Below are positions 36,036 to 44,920 of a stretch of 64,000 nt of DNA, in pieces (the stretch's first letter is position 1; the number at the start of each line of letters is the position of its first letter). The notes under the pieces were generated by a model. That model saw nothing but the letters and a program-made list of their open reading frames with translations. It had not been told where the DNA came from and did not search any database. The stretch spans positions 2,059-66,058 of the forward strand of contig JAFGJK010000142.1 of assembly GCA_016929135.1 (NCBI GenBank). Reading direction: 5' to 3'. Source of the DNA: Spirochaetota bacterium (GTDB lineage: Bacteria > Spirochaetota > UBA4802 > UBA5550). The position numbers and the translations under genes are program-made.

Positions 36036-39000
36036 AGAGACAGATATCGACCGCCCTGTGTGTGATGATTGCCGCCGCGTGCGCCCTCTGCTGCAGCGGA
36101 ATACGCAGAGACATCCTGCAGGACGGCAGGGCCTTCTTCTCCGGACCGGCCACCCTGGTTCCGGAGCAGGAGACACTGAAGGGGCGAGTGCTGGACAGCA
36201 TCACCTCGAAGGGGATCGCCGGGGCGCAGGTGGAGATGAAGAACGCGAACCTGGGCGTGGGATACCACAAGGCCACCGCCGCGTCCGACGGCTCCTTCGT
36301 CATCGATGACTACATTCCACAGGTTCGCTATCACATCGCGGTGAGCGCCCCGGGATACGTGCCGCACCGGGGGTACCTCCAGTCCAACACCACCATCTAT
36401 CTCGATCCCCAGGCGGTGGTGCGCGGTACGGTGCGGGACTCCGCCGGCGTCCCGCTCCCCGGTGTGGAGGTGAAGCTCCGCTCCGGAGCGGGGCGCGGCG
36501 GCAACAACGATTCCGGTGAGGGCGGAGAGGGGAGGGGCGGCCACTCCTGCACCACCGACGCCCGGGGGGGGTACCGGTTCGATCAGCTGCGGAGCGGCGC
36601 GTATCTCATAACGTTCCGGAAGAGCGGCCATATCGAGGAGACCGCCAGGCTCGGCTCCGTTCTCCGTGGCGGCGAGCTGGACCTCCCCATGGTCCTCTAC
36701 CGCACCGCCTCGGTCTCGGGGAAGGTGCTGATCCAGGGGACCGGCGCACCGGCGGTGAACCTCACGGTGTCGCTCAAGGCCCAGGGCGTCCAGTACAGCG
36801 CAAGCACCTTCCAGGACGGCTCCTACTCCATCGACGACGTGCGGCCCGGCAGGTACGACCTGTACATCCAGCATCCGGGATTTCACCAGCTCCGGAAGGG
36901 CCCGGTGACCGTCACCGAGGGGCAGCGCATGCGGGGGATGGACTGGCAGGTGAAGGCAAAGGAGCCGGCCCTCTCTGTCTATGCCTACCGCTACACCTTC
37001 TCGCCGGTGAACAAGATCGAGTTCAACCTGCGCACCTTCCGCCTCGAGAAGGTGCGGGTGCGGATATACCGGGTGCCGCCGTCGGTCCTTTCGCACGGCA
37101 GGGGCGATCCCAACACCATGAGCCCCTCGGCGAGGGGATTCCATACGGTGAAGGAGTGGGACCAGCCGGTGAAGGATTTTCAGCCCTTCCAGTGGCAGTA
37201 CGGCACGATGGAGATGTCCGGTCCGCTGGCCACCGGCGGCTACTGCGTCGAGGTTTCGGCTTCGGACAGGCTCTTTGACCGCAAGTTCTTCACCGTCACC
37301 TCCGTGGGGGTGGTGGTGAAGCGGTCCCAGAGGACGGTGCTGGCCTACGTCACCAACCTGGTGAACAACGACCCGGTACGGGGGGCGAAGGTTGTCCTTT
37401 TCGACAACACCCCGGCCAAGGAGCGCCAGCGGCTGTCGGCCCGTCCGGTGAATCCCCCCCAGAGGATCGAGGACCTGCCGCTCAGGGTCCTCCACCGCGG
37501 CGAGACCGGAAGCGACGGCATCTACCGGCACGGGATAGAATCCTCGAGACACCTGTCGGTTCTGGTGGTGGGGGGCGACGGGAGCTACGCATTCTGCAAT
37601 ACCGGATCGCCCGACGTCTTCGACCGCGAGCTGAACAAGGTGATGGCCTACACCGACAGGCCGGTCTACCGCGTCGGCGACACGGTTCAGTTCAAGCTGA
37701 TGGGGAAGCGGCGCGACGACAGGAGCGTCCCCATCGCGGGGAGGAAGCTCTACATCATGATCCTCGACGCCACCGGGGGGATCGTGAAGCGCGGGAACGT
37801 CACTCTGGACGACTGGGGGAGCGCCAAGGGGTCGATACAGCTTTCCGGTGAGCCCAGGCTCGGGCGGTGGGACATCCGTGCCGGCCTCAATCCCAAATCG
37901 CTCGCCGGCGTCGGGCACTTTTACGTGGAGCAGTACCGGAAGCCGGAGTTCACCGTTGCAATCGAGCCCTCGAAGAAGTTCTTCGTCAACAACGAGACGG
38001 CGGAGTTCCGGGTCACCACGAAGTACCTCTTCGGCGCGCCCCTCAGGAACGCCGTGGTGAAGTACCGCTTCTACGAGTCGCGCCTAAGGGACACCGACAC
38101 CACCTACTGGTGGGAGGCGGATTACGGCGGGGGACAGAGCTACAACAGGATACGGCTCGAGGGGGACAAGACCACCGACGAGAACGGCACCGCCGTGCTC
38201 AGGCTCGAGTGCAAGAACCTACCTTACGACCGTGAGATCACCTGCGAGGCCACCGTGACCGACAGCTCCAACGTGAGCATCACCTCGCGGAAGGGTGTCC
38301 GCGTGGGGAGGGGGGAGTACTACATCAAGATCGAGCCCGCCAGGACCTTCTTCGTGAACAAGGACGTGAACCGCGTGACCCTCAGGACCGTGGACCACGC
38401 CGGCCGCCCGGTCCGGGAAAAAGTGGACCTGAAGGTGTACCGCTACATCTGGCGTCCACTGCAGATGGTCTATGTCCACGAGTCGCGCCCGGTGTATGAG
38501 AAGCGGGTGGAAACCGATGCACGGGGAAAGTTCCTGCTCACCCTCCCCGAGGTGGCGGCCACCGGCGAGTACGACATCGTGGCCGGGGGCTCCGACAGGT
38601 TCGGCAACCTGATCAGCGCCTCCAGGGTGGTGTGGATCTACGCGGGTCCCGGCGGCACGCTCGCCTCGAGGCTCAAGAACCTGGAGCTTTCGGTGGATCG
38701 TACCAGGCTCGACGGGCCGGGGGAGATCACCTGCCTGGTGAAGAGCCGCTTCCCCGACGCCACGGTCTGCCTGACCCTGGAGGGGCGCGACGTCTACGAG
38801 GCCAGGGTGGTGCGCCTGAAGGGGCACATGGCAACGGTGAATTTCACCATTAAGGACGCGTACGCCCCGAATCTCTACGTGAGCGCCATGGCCCAGGTGA
38901 ACCGGGGGCTCTACACCGCGAAGGCCGACGTGGCCCTCCCCAAGGGGGACACGAAGCTCCTCATCGCCATCGAGACCGACAAGGAGACCTACGGTCCCGG

Positions 39001-41377
39001 CGAGAAGGCCACGGTGACGCTCAGGGCGCGGGACGAGAAGGGGAACCCGGTACCGGCGGACATATCACTGGGGTGCGTCGACGAGGGGATCTACAGCGTC
39101 AGGCCGGACCACACGCCGTCCCTCATGGACTACTTCTACTCCAGGCTGGCGAATCTGGTGCTCACCGCCTATTCCTTCCCGGTGACGCTGCTGGCCGGCG
39201 CCATAAAGGACGTGATCGAGCAGGTGCGGGAGCGCTTCCGCGACACCGCCTTCTGGCAGCCGGATATCCGCACCGACGCCCGGGGGGTGGCGGTGGTCTC
39301 CTTCGACCTGCCGGACAACCTGACCACCTGGAGGCTTACCGCCCGGGGGCACGACAGGCACGGCAGGGTCGGCGAGGCGGTGAAGAAGGTCCTGGCGACA
39401 CAGGAGATGGTGGCCCGAATCGGCAGGCCCCGCTTCTTCATCGAGGGGGACAGGGTCGGCATCATCGGGATCGTCAACAGCAACTCCCCGCGGGGCCTTG
39501 AGAGGGTGACTGCGGAGATGAAGGTGAACGACAAGACCGTGGCGCCGGACCAGGCCATCGCCCTCTCCCTCCCCCCATTCGGGACCGCCAGGCAGTTCTA
39601 CACGGTAGCGGTGCCGGAGTCGCTCAAGGAGATGGTCCTCTTCTTCAAGGCCGGTGCCGACGCCAAGGCGCGCGACGCACTTCGGATCGCCGTGCCGGTG
39701 GAGCGCCGCGGCACCCCCTACAGCCTCTTTGCCCCCGGGGACCTGGATACAAACAGGACCGTGGCGCTCTCCCCGCTGGGGGACACCGATGATTTCGAGT
39801 ATCGCCCGGAATCCCTCCGCATCACCGTGAACCCGGGACCGCTGCAGCGGATGCTCAGGGCGGCGCGGTGGCTCCGGGGATACCGCTACGGCTGTGTGGA
39901 GCAGCTCCTCTCCAAGACGGTGCCGGTGATGGCGCTGAAGAGGCTGCTGTCGAATCGGGGGATGTCGCAGTACCTGAAGGACGACAAGCTGGAGGAGCGG
40001 CTGGGGAGGGCCCTGCGCAGAATCGAAAGCGCACAGAATGCCGACGGCACCTGGGGATGGTTCCCCTCGGGCGAGGCGAACATGGACGTCACCGCCTACG
40101 TGCTCCAGAACTTCAAGACCGTTTCCGATTTCGGTTTCAGGCGCGACGAGAATTCCGTACGCAGGGGGATCGAGGCGGTGAAGCGCGGGGCGCGCAACGG
40201 GATGATCAATCCCGACAGCAGGGCCTACTACCTCTACGTGGAGTCCCTCTGGAACGTCGGGGACCTGGACACCACCAGGGCGATCGCCGCCATGAAGGAT
40301 CAGAACCCCTACCGGCTGGCCATGCTGCTCCGGACCCTGACGCAGCTGAAGCGGAGCGGCAGGATCAGACCCGAGGAATACACGACCCTGGCCTCCTCCT
40401 GCGCGGAGCGGCTCAGGTCCATGATGAGGCGCGACGGGCGGGGCGTCTTCTGGGAAGCCACCGCGGACCAGGCCTACAGCTGGGCCGGCGGCAACACCGA
40501 GGTGTCCGCCGCGGTCCTCTCGGCGCTCCTGGAATCCGGCGACACCTCCGCAATACCGGCGCAGCTGGCGTCGTCCCTCTCGAGGCGGGGCTACATGGAG
40601 GCCTGGCGGTCCACCAGAGAGACCGCGGCGGCGATGATGGCCCTCTGCGGGTACCTGGGCAAGGCGCAGGGCCAGCTCTCGCCGTCGGGATCGGTGCGCT
40701 TCTCCCTGAACGGGAAGGACCTGGGGACGCTCCAGTACGGCGGGAGCAGGGATCCCTCGGATCTCACCCGGGTGATACCCCTGGGGGACATGAAGGCGGA
40801 GAAATATTCCGTCACGGCCGACGGCGGTGGGAGCGGCGTGAGCTTCGACTGCGTCATGGAGGGGCACCTCTACTTCGCGAGGAAGGGGATACTCTCCCTC
40901 TTCTCCTCCGAGGAGGGGGGGATCAGGAGCTTGGAAAACGGCGTGAGCCTCACCAGGACCTTCCACTCCATCGCCAGGGTGCGCGACGCCAACAACCGGG
41001 AGTACATGGTCCCCCAGCGTATATCAGAGAAGGGGCGCATCAAGGTGGGCGACGAGGTGATGGTGAAGGTCCGCTTCAGAGCCCAGGACGATTTCTCGTA
41101 TCTGGTGGTGGAGGACTACCTCCCCTCGGGCTTCGAGGTGGTGAAGACGGACGCCTACGGCGGCGGTGGGGACTACGCCCACCAGGAGCGGTGGGACGAC
41201 CGGATGCTCTTCTTCTTCTCGAAGGTGAGAAAGGGGACCATTTACGATGTGGCCTATATCATGAGGGCCGAGCTGCCGGGGAGCTTCTTCGTGAAGCCTG
41301 CGCGGGCCGAATGCATGTACGAGCCCTCGGTGCAGGGATGGTCCCGTGCCTCGGGCTTCCAGGTGCATGAGAAGTAG
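36032..41377 (+). CDS. Bacterial alpha-2-macroglobulin family protein, thioester type (1781 aa), probable lipoprotein
   Basis: The thioester motif GCVEQ has its Cys codon at 39893 (residue 1288). The N-terminus MIAAACALCCSG is signal- or lipobox-like. Three CarboxypepD_reg-like repeats are present (GRVLDS..GIAGAQVEM, VRGTVRDSAGVPLPGVEVKL and VSGKVLIQGTGAPAVNLTVSL). MG-domain-like repeats follow and the C-terminal region is A2M-like. Confidence 0.85.
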   Translation: MKRQISTALCVMIAAACALCCSGIRRDILQDGRAFFSGPATLVPEQETLKGRVLDSITSKGIAGAQVEMKNANLGVGYHKATAASDGSFVIDDYIPQVRYHIAVSAPGYVPHRGYLQSNTTIYLDPQAVVRGTVRDSAGVPLPGVEVKLRSGAGRGGNNDSGEGGEGRGGHSCTTDARGGYRFDQLRSGAYLITFRKSGHIEETARLGSVLRGGELDLPMVLYRTASVSGKVLIQGTGAPAVNLTVSLKAQGVQYSASTFQDGSYSIDDVRPGRYDLYIQHPGFHQLRKGPVTVTEGQRMRGMDWQVKAKEPALSVYAYRYTFSPVNKIEFNLRTFRLEKVRVRIYRVPPSVLSHGRGDPNTMSPSARGFHTVKEWDQPVKDFQPFQWQYGTMEMSGPLATGGYCVEVSASDRLFDRKFFTVTSVGVVVKRSQRTVLAYVTNLVNNDPVRGAKVVLFDNTPAKERQRLSARPVNPPQRIEDLPLRVLHRGETGSDGIYRHGIESSRHLSVLVVGGDGSYAFCNTGSPDVFDRELNKVMAYTDRPVYRVGDTVQFKLMGKRRDDRSVPIAGRKLYIMILDATGGIVKRGNVTLDDWGSAKGSIQLSGEPRLGRWDIRAGLNPKSLAGVGHFYVEQYRKPEFTVAIEPSKKFFVNNETAEFRVTTKYLFGAPLRNAVVKYRFYESRLRDTDTTYWWEADYGGGQSYNRIRLEGDKTTDENGTAVLRLECKNLPYDREITCEATVTDSSNVSITSRKGVRVGRGEYYIKIEPARTFFVNKDVNRVTLRTVDHAGRPVREKVDLKVYRYIWRPLQMVYVHESRPVYEKRVETDARGKFLLTLPEVAATGEYDIVAGGSDRFGNLISASRVVWIYAGPGGTLASRLKNLELSVDRTRLDGPGEITCLVKSRFPDATVCLTLEGRDVYEARVVRLKGHMATVNFTIKDAYAPNLYVSAMAQVNRGLYTAKADVALPKGDTKLLIAIETDKETYGPGEKATVTLRARDEKGNPVPADISLGCVDEGIYSVRPDHTPSLMDYFYSRLANLVLTAYSFPVTLLAGAIKDVIEQVRERFRDTAFWQPDIRTDARGVAVVSFDLPDNLTTWRLTARGHDRHGRVGEAVKKVLATQEMVARIGRPRFFIEGDRVGIIGIVNSNSPRGLERVTAEMKVNDKTVAPDQAIALSLPPFGTARQFYTVAVPESLKEMVLFFKAGADAKARDALRIAVPVERRGTPYSLFAPGDLDTNRTVALSPLGDTDDFEYRPESLRITVNPGPLQRMLRAARWLRGYRYGCVEQLLSKTVPVMALKRLLSNRGMSQYLKDDKLEERLGRALRRIESAQNADGTWGWFPSGEANMDVTAYVLQNFKTVSDFGFRRDENSVRRGIEAVKRGARNGMINPDSRAYYLYVESLWNVGDLDTTRAIAAMKDQNPYRLAMLLRTLTQLKRSGRIRPEEYTTLASSCAERLRSMMRRDGRGVFWEATADQAYSWAGGNTEVSAAVLSALLESGDTSAIPAQLASSLSRRGYMEAWRSTRETAAAMMALCGYLGKAQGQLSPSGSVRFSLNGKDLGTLQYGGSRDPSDLTRVIPLGDMKAEKYSVTADGGGSGVSFDCVMEGHLYFARKGILSLFSSEEGGIRSLENGVSLTRTFHSIARVRDANNREYMVPQRISEKGRIKVGDEVMVKVRFRAQDDFSYLVVEDYLPSGFEVVKTDAYGGGGDYAHQERWDDRMLFFFSKVRKGTIYDVAYIMRAELPGSFFVKPARAECMYEPSVQGWSRASGFQVHEK

Positions 41378-43457
41378 GTCTGCCGGGGGGGGCGCCCTCA
41401 GGTATCTCGCGGCAGCCGCGGTTCTCCTCTGCCTGCTCCCCGGCGCGCCCCTGGGGGGAACGGACCCCGCCGTGGTGACCCTGTCGATACTGTCGAAGCA
41501 GATCAGACTCGTCGGCGAGGGGAAGCTCGACGGAATCGGCATCGCGCTCCCCCATGATGCGGCGGTGACGGACCTCCTGCGGGGCGAGACCGTTCTGGGC
41601 GGCGAGCTCCGCCTGGTTTCCGCCGGAGGGGAGCCCCTCACCGCAGGGAGGGTCGTGCTCCTCCGGAACGGCAGCCCGGCGGGGGAGGGCTTCAGCATCC
41701 TGGTGCAGCGCCCCGGCGGGGAGATGGAGGTATCGTTCGCCGGCGAGACCAGGCGGTACCCGCTCCCGGCGCAGATCCGTTCGCGGGGGGGGGGCACCGA
41801 AGTCATCGTTACCGAGGAGGCGGCGCGCTACGCGGCCGATTCAGCCGCGGCCGAGTACGGAGCGCTGGGTCCGCACCACGGTGAGGCAATGAAGGCGCTG
41901 ACGATGCTGATATACGCGAAGGTTATCGATCCGAAAACCGGCCGGGCCCACGGCGACTGCGATTTCTGCGACCTGTCGCACTGTCAGGTGTACCGGGGCA
42001 GGACTGGTGCCGGTACGAATCCCATCCGCTGGTGGCCCCTTACGGGGGGGTACTTCTTCCACGCCCGCTGCGGCGGCAAAACGATGGGATGCGCCACCTT
42101 CGGCGGCGACGTCTCCGGAGAGGGAAACGCCCTCGGGGACGGCGACTGTACCTGCGTGCCGGTGAAATGTGCCGCGGTGGGCCACAAGGGCCCCCTCTGC
42201 GGCGGGGGCGAATGGAGCGCCTCGCTGGGAGAGGACGAACTGGCAGCGATACTCTTCGGAGGCTCGGCCTCCCCCCCGGCGATGATACGGCGCTACGATC
42301 GGGAGCGGATGCGCGTGGAGGTCTCCTCGGGAGACCGGACGGTGAGCTATCCCGCCGAGGGGTTCCGCCTTGCGGTGAACAGGGTGCGGGGCTGGAGCTT
42401 CATCGCCAGCAACAACTACAGCGTTACCGAGGAGACCCGGACGGGGAGGAGGATCTACACCTTCAGGGGCAGGGGCCTGGGGCACGGGGTGGGACTGTGC
42501 CAGGAGGGGGCGAAGACCCTGGCCGGCATGGGTTATTCGGCGGTGGAGATATTGGAGCACTACTTCCCCGGCTCGCAGTGGCGCGGGGCCGCCGCGGCGG
42601 AATCCCCCACCCCGTATCTCTCCTATGTACTCTTCTCGCTGGAGGACGGCTCGGTGGAATTCATGAGCTATCCCCGTTTCGCCGGGCGGCGCGTCCCCCC
42701 GGGATCCCTCTTCAAGGTGTTGGTTTCCATCTACCTGGCGCTGCACCGGCCCGACCTCCTGGAGCGGTATCGCCACGTCTGCACCGGCGCCGAGGAGGAG
42801 GGGGGGCTCCCCGCCTGCTGGTACCGCCGAGGTCACGGGGAGATCGCCTTCCGGGAGGCCCTGTCGAAGTCGTGCAACCGGTACTTCGCGTCGCTGTGCC
42901 GGCAGATTGACCGGGAGGAATTCGCGCGCCGGATCAATGTCCTGTTCCTGGAGCTGGGGATGCAGTGCCGCTGCCCCGTGCCGGCGAACGACAGGGATTT
43001 CGCGGCCATGCTCTGCGGCACCGATTTTCGCATGAGAATCTCCGTGGAGGATATCATGATCCTGGCCGGGCTTCTGGGGACTGGCGGCCGCTCCGGCGGC
43101 GCCATTGCGCGGGTCCGGCAGACCATCCCGCAGCGGCACCTGGCGCTGATCAGGGAGGCCCTGATGCGGAACATTACGGAGGGGACAGGCTCGGGGGAGG
43201 CGCACCCCTTCGGGCCGGAGCTGAACTACCGTGATCTTCTGGGCCCGGTGCCGGCTGAGGACGCGGTGCTGCGCGGCGTCATGTGGGGGAAGACCGCCAC
43301 GGTGGTGGACGGGCCTGTGGGCGACAGGAGCTACGGCATCTTCATGGGGGGCTTCAGGGGGACCGGCATCGTGGTGCTGCTCTCCCGGGGGAACGGTCAC
43401 CTGGCGGCCCAATGGGCCAGGAGGATCATGGCCGCCCGCGTCCTGCCGCACCACTAG
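41367..43457 (+). CDS. SpoIID/LytB-domain :: penicillin-binding transpeptidase-like fusion protein
   Basis: The N-terminal half is SpoIID-like: HGEAMKALTMLIYAKV, DFCDLSHCQVYRG, FFHARCGGKT, and RGRGLGHGVGLCQEGAKTLAGMGYSAVEILEHYFPGS. The C-terminal half carries the PBP motifs SLFK (SxxK, 42705-42716), SCN (SxN) and KTA(T). ATG 41367 lies 8 nt before the A2M stop; 41346 is an alternative start. Confidence 0.75.
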   Translation: MRSRSAGGGALRYLAAAAVLLCLLPGAPLGGTDPAVVTLSILSKQIRLVGEGKLDGIGIALPHDAAVTDLLRGETVLGGELRLVSAGGEPLTAGRVVLLRNGSPAGEGFSILVQRPGGEMEVSFAGETRRYPLPAQIRSRGGGTEVIVTEEAARYAADSAAAEYGALGPHHGEAMKALTMLIYAKVIDPKTGRAHGDCDFCDLSHCQVYRGRTGAGTNPIRWWPLTGGYFFHARCGGKTMGCATFGGDVSGEGNALGDGDCTCVPVKCAAVGHKGPLCGGGEWSASLGEDELAAILFGGSASPPAMIRRYDRERMRVEVSSGDRTVSYPAEGFRLAVNRVRGWSFIASNNYSVTEETRTGRRIYTFRGRGLGHGVGLCQEGAKTLAGMGYSAVEILEHYFPGSQWRGAAAAESPTPYLSYVLFSLEDGSVEFMSYPRFAGRRVPPGSLFKVLVSIYLALHRPDLLERYRHVCTGAEEEGGLPACWYRRGHGEIAFREALSKSCNRYFASLCRQIDREEFARRINVLFLELGMQCRCPVPANDRDFAAMLCGTDFRMRISVEDIMILAGLLGTGGRSGGAIARVRQTIPQRHLALIREALMRNITEGTGSGEAHPFGPELNYRDLLGPVPAEDAVLRGVMWGKTATVVDGPVGDRSYGIFMGGFRGTGIVVLLSRGNGHLAAQWARRIMAARVLPHH

Positions 43458-43702
43458 CTGCCGGTCCACTCCCGGCGCAGGCCCCCCCGTTCGTAGAACG
43501 AGAGATCCCATGCGTCGCCGCGCTCGTCGTAGCGGAGGATATAGGTGCCGCCGTCATCGGCCCGCACCTTGAAGTAGAGGTACTCGGGGCCGTACCAGCG
43601 GTCGACGACCTCCCTGATCTCCCGCGGGGTCCCGTCCAGGCTGAAGCGCACCGGACGCTCGTGCGCGCGGTACCCTGAATAGCTCTCAACGGTGACCCGC
43701 AC
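43454..43702 (-). CDS. Small conserved-looking hypothetical protein (82 aa)
   Basis: GTG start. The sequence VDRWYGPEYLYFKVRADDGGTYILRYDERGDAWDL looks like a folded beta-rich domain. Its stop overlaps the convergent upstream gene within the palindrome CTAG. Confidence 0.5.
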   Translation of the reverse strand: MRVTVESYSGYRAHERPVRFSLDGTPREIREVVDRWYGPEYLYFKVRADDGGTYILRYDERGDAWDLSFYERGGLRREWTGS

Positions 43703-44102
43703 GCGCTCATCCCCCCCGCGGCATCACGCCGATCACCGGCGGGATGATGCCGTCGCCGAAGGTTTTTGCCGGGTATATCCATCCCCGCAGGGTGTCCATG
43801 AGGAGCCGCGGGAATCCCGGCAAGGAGGGGTCCCTGCGGCGCGTGATGAAGGTGCCGCTCATCACTTCTCTCTCTGTCTCATGGGCCCGCGTCTGCGGGG
43901 CACATCGGCAGGGGAGGCAGACAGAGAGGCCTATGGATGCTCCCGTAACCATGACACCCTCTATCTGATAACGCCCTATGGGAATCTGTCAAGAGATTAT
44001 GCGTACAGGGCGGGGCGCCGGCAGGGTTTCCAGCGCAGCCCTCGGGCCCTCCATTTTTACGGAGTCGCGGCGAATCTGATTGTATTCCCGTGCGATTCGT
44101 GC

Positions 44103-44717
44103 ATGATGGCCCCCATGAAGCGGAGCGGAGACACTGTGCCGGAGCGCCTCGAGGCGCGCGTGGCGAGGGCCCTGCGGGAGGAGATCGATATCGTCCCCTA
44201 CGATCCACTGTGGCCGGGGATGTTCGTACGGGAGAAGTCGCACCTTCTGAAGATCCTTCCCGCCGGTCTTCTCTACCGTATCGAGCACTTCGGCAGCACC
44301 GCCGTCCCGGGGATGGCCGCGAAGCCGGTCATAGACATCCTGGCGGGAGTCGTATCGCTGGAGGAGGCGAAGCGGGTCGCCGTGCCGATTCTGGAATCCC
44401 GGGGGTACGAGTATTTCTGGAGGCCCTCCTTCGGCGACCATACCCCTCCGTACTACGCCTGGTTCATCAAGCGTGATTGCCGCGGGATCCGGACCCATCA
44501 CATCCATATGGTGGAGAGGGATTTCGAGCATTGGGAGAGGCTCCTCTTCCGGGACTACCTCGCGGCGTTCCCGGAGGTGGCACGCCGGTACGGCGAGCTG
44601 AAGCAGCGGCTTTCCCGCGAGCATCCCCGCGACAGGGCCGCCTATACCGAGGGGAAGGCCGATTTCATCGTGAGGGTCACCGCCCTGGCGAGGGAGTATT
44701 ACGGGAAGCGGGGATGA
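44103..44717 (+). CDS. GrpB-family (UPF0157) protein
   Basis: IDIVPYDPLWPGMF, IEHFGSTAVPGMAAKPVIDILAGV and HHIHMV. The long N-terminal extension in the ORF track (from 43692) is probably non-coding. Confidence 0.8.
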   Translation: MMAPMKRSGDTVPERLEARVARALREEIDIVPYDPLWPGMFVREKSHLLKILPAGLLYRIEHFGSTAVPGMAAKPVIDILAGVVSLEEAKRVAVPILESRGYEYFWRPSFGDHTPPYYAWFIKRDCRGIRTHHIHMVERDFEHWERLLFRDYLAAFPEVARRYGELKQRLSREHPRDRAAYTEGKADFIVRVTALAREYYGKRG

Positions 44718-44920
44718 TACGGCGCATCTCGCGTTGCGGCGCATCTTTTATGAGCCCCATCATCTCGCGTTGTTCCGGCACACTCGCCCGCTGTTGATGA
44801 GTGCGTCCCTCCGTGCCCGGTTCCCGCACCGCATGCGGAGAAATATCCCCGGTCCCCCTCTGTCGAGCTCCCCTGGCCGCCGCGGCGGGGGGAGTGCCGC
44901 CGCACCTACGGCCCGCCGCG

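Noticed and set aside
35684-37918. Very long alternative-frame or antisense ORFs in the GC-rich half. Examples are 35684-37918 (-, 744 aa), 39065-40966 (-, 633 aa), 41841-43511 (-, 556 aa), 39868-41370 (+, 500 aa), 62400-63872 (+, 490 aa), 16359-17534 (-, 391 aa) and 28778-29854 (-, 358 aa).
   Set aside because: Each one overlaps a gene with clear family motifs on the other frame or strand. Their translations are low-complexity and rich in Arg, Pro, Gly and His, which is typical of stop-codon-poor GC-rich DNA. No motif was recognised in any of them.
43707-43952. An 81-codon minus-strand ORF upstream of the 82-aa hypothetical gene, plus the long N-terminal extension of the GrpB ORF (43692-44102).
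   Set aside because: No motifs were recognised and the composition is typical of GC-rich non-coding frames. GrpB homology begins only near residue 140 of the ORF-track translation, so the shorter start at 44103 was preferred.
44725-44770. A 12-nt direct repeat CATCTCGCGTTG occurring twice, about 34 nt apart, in the GrpB/YidB convergent intergenic region.
   Set aside because: It is a single short duplication with no associated structure or coding consequence. It cannot be distinguished from chance or replication slippage.
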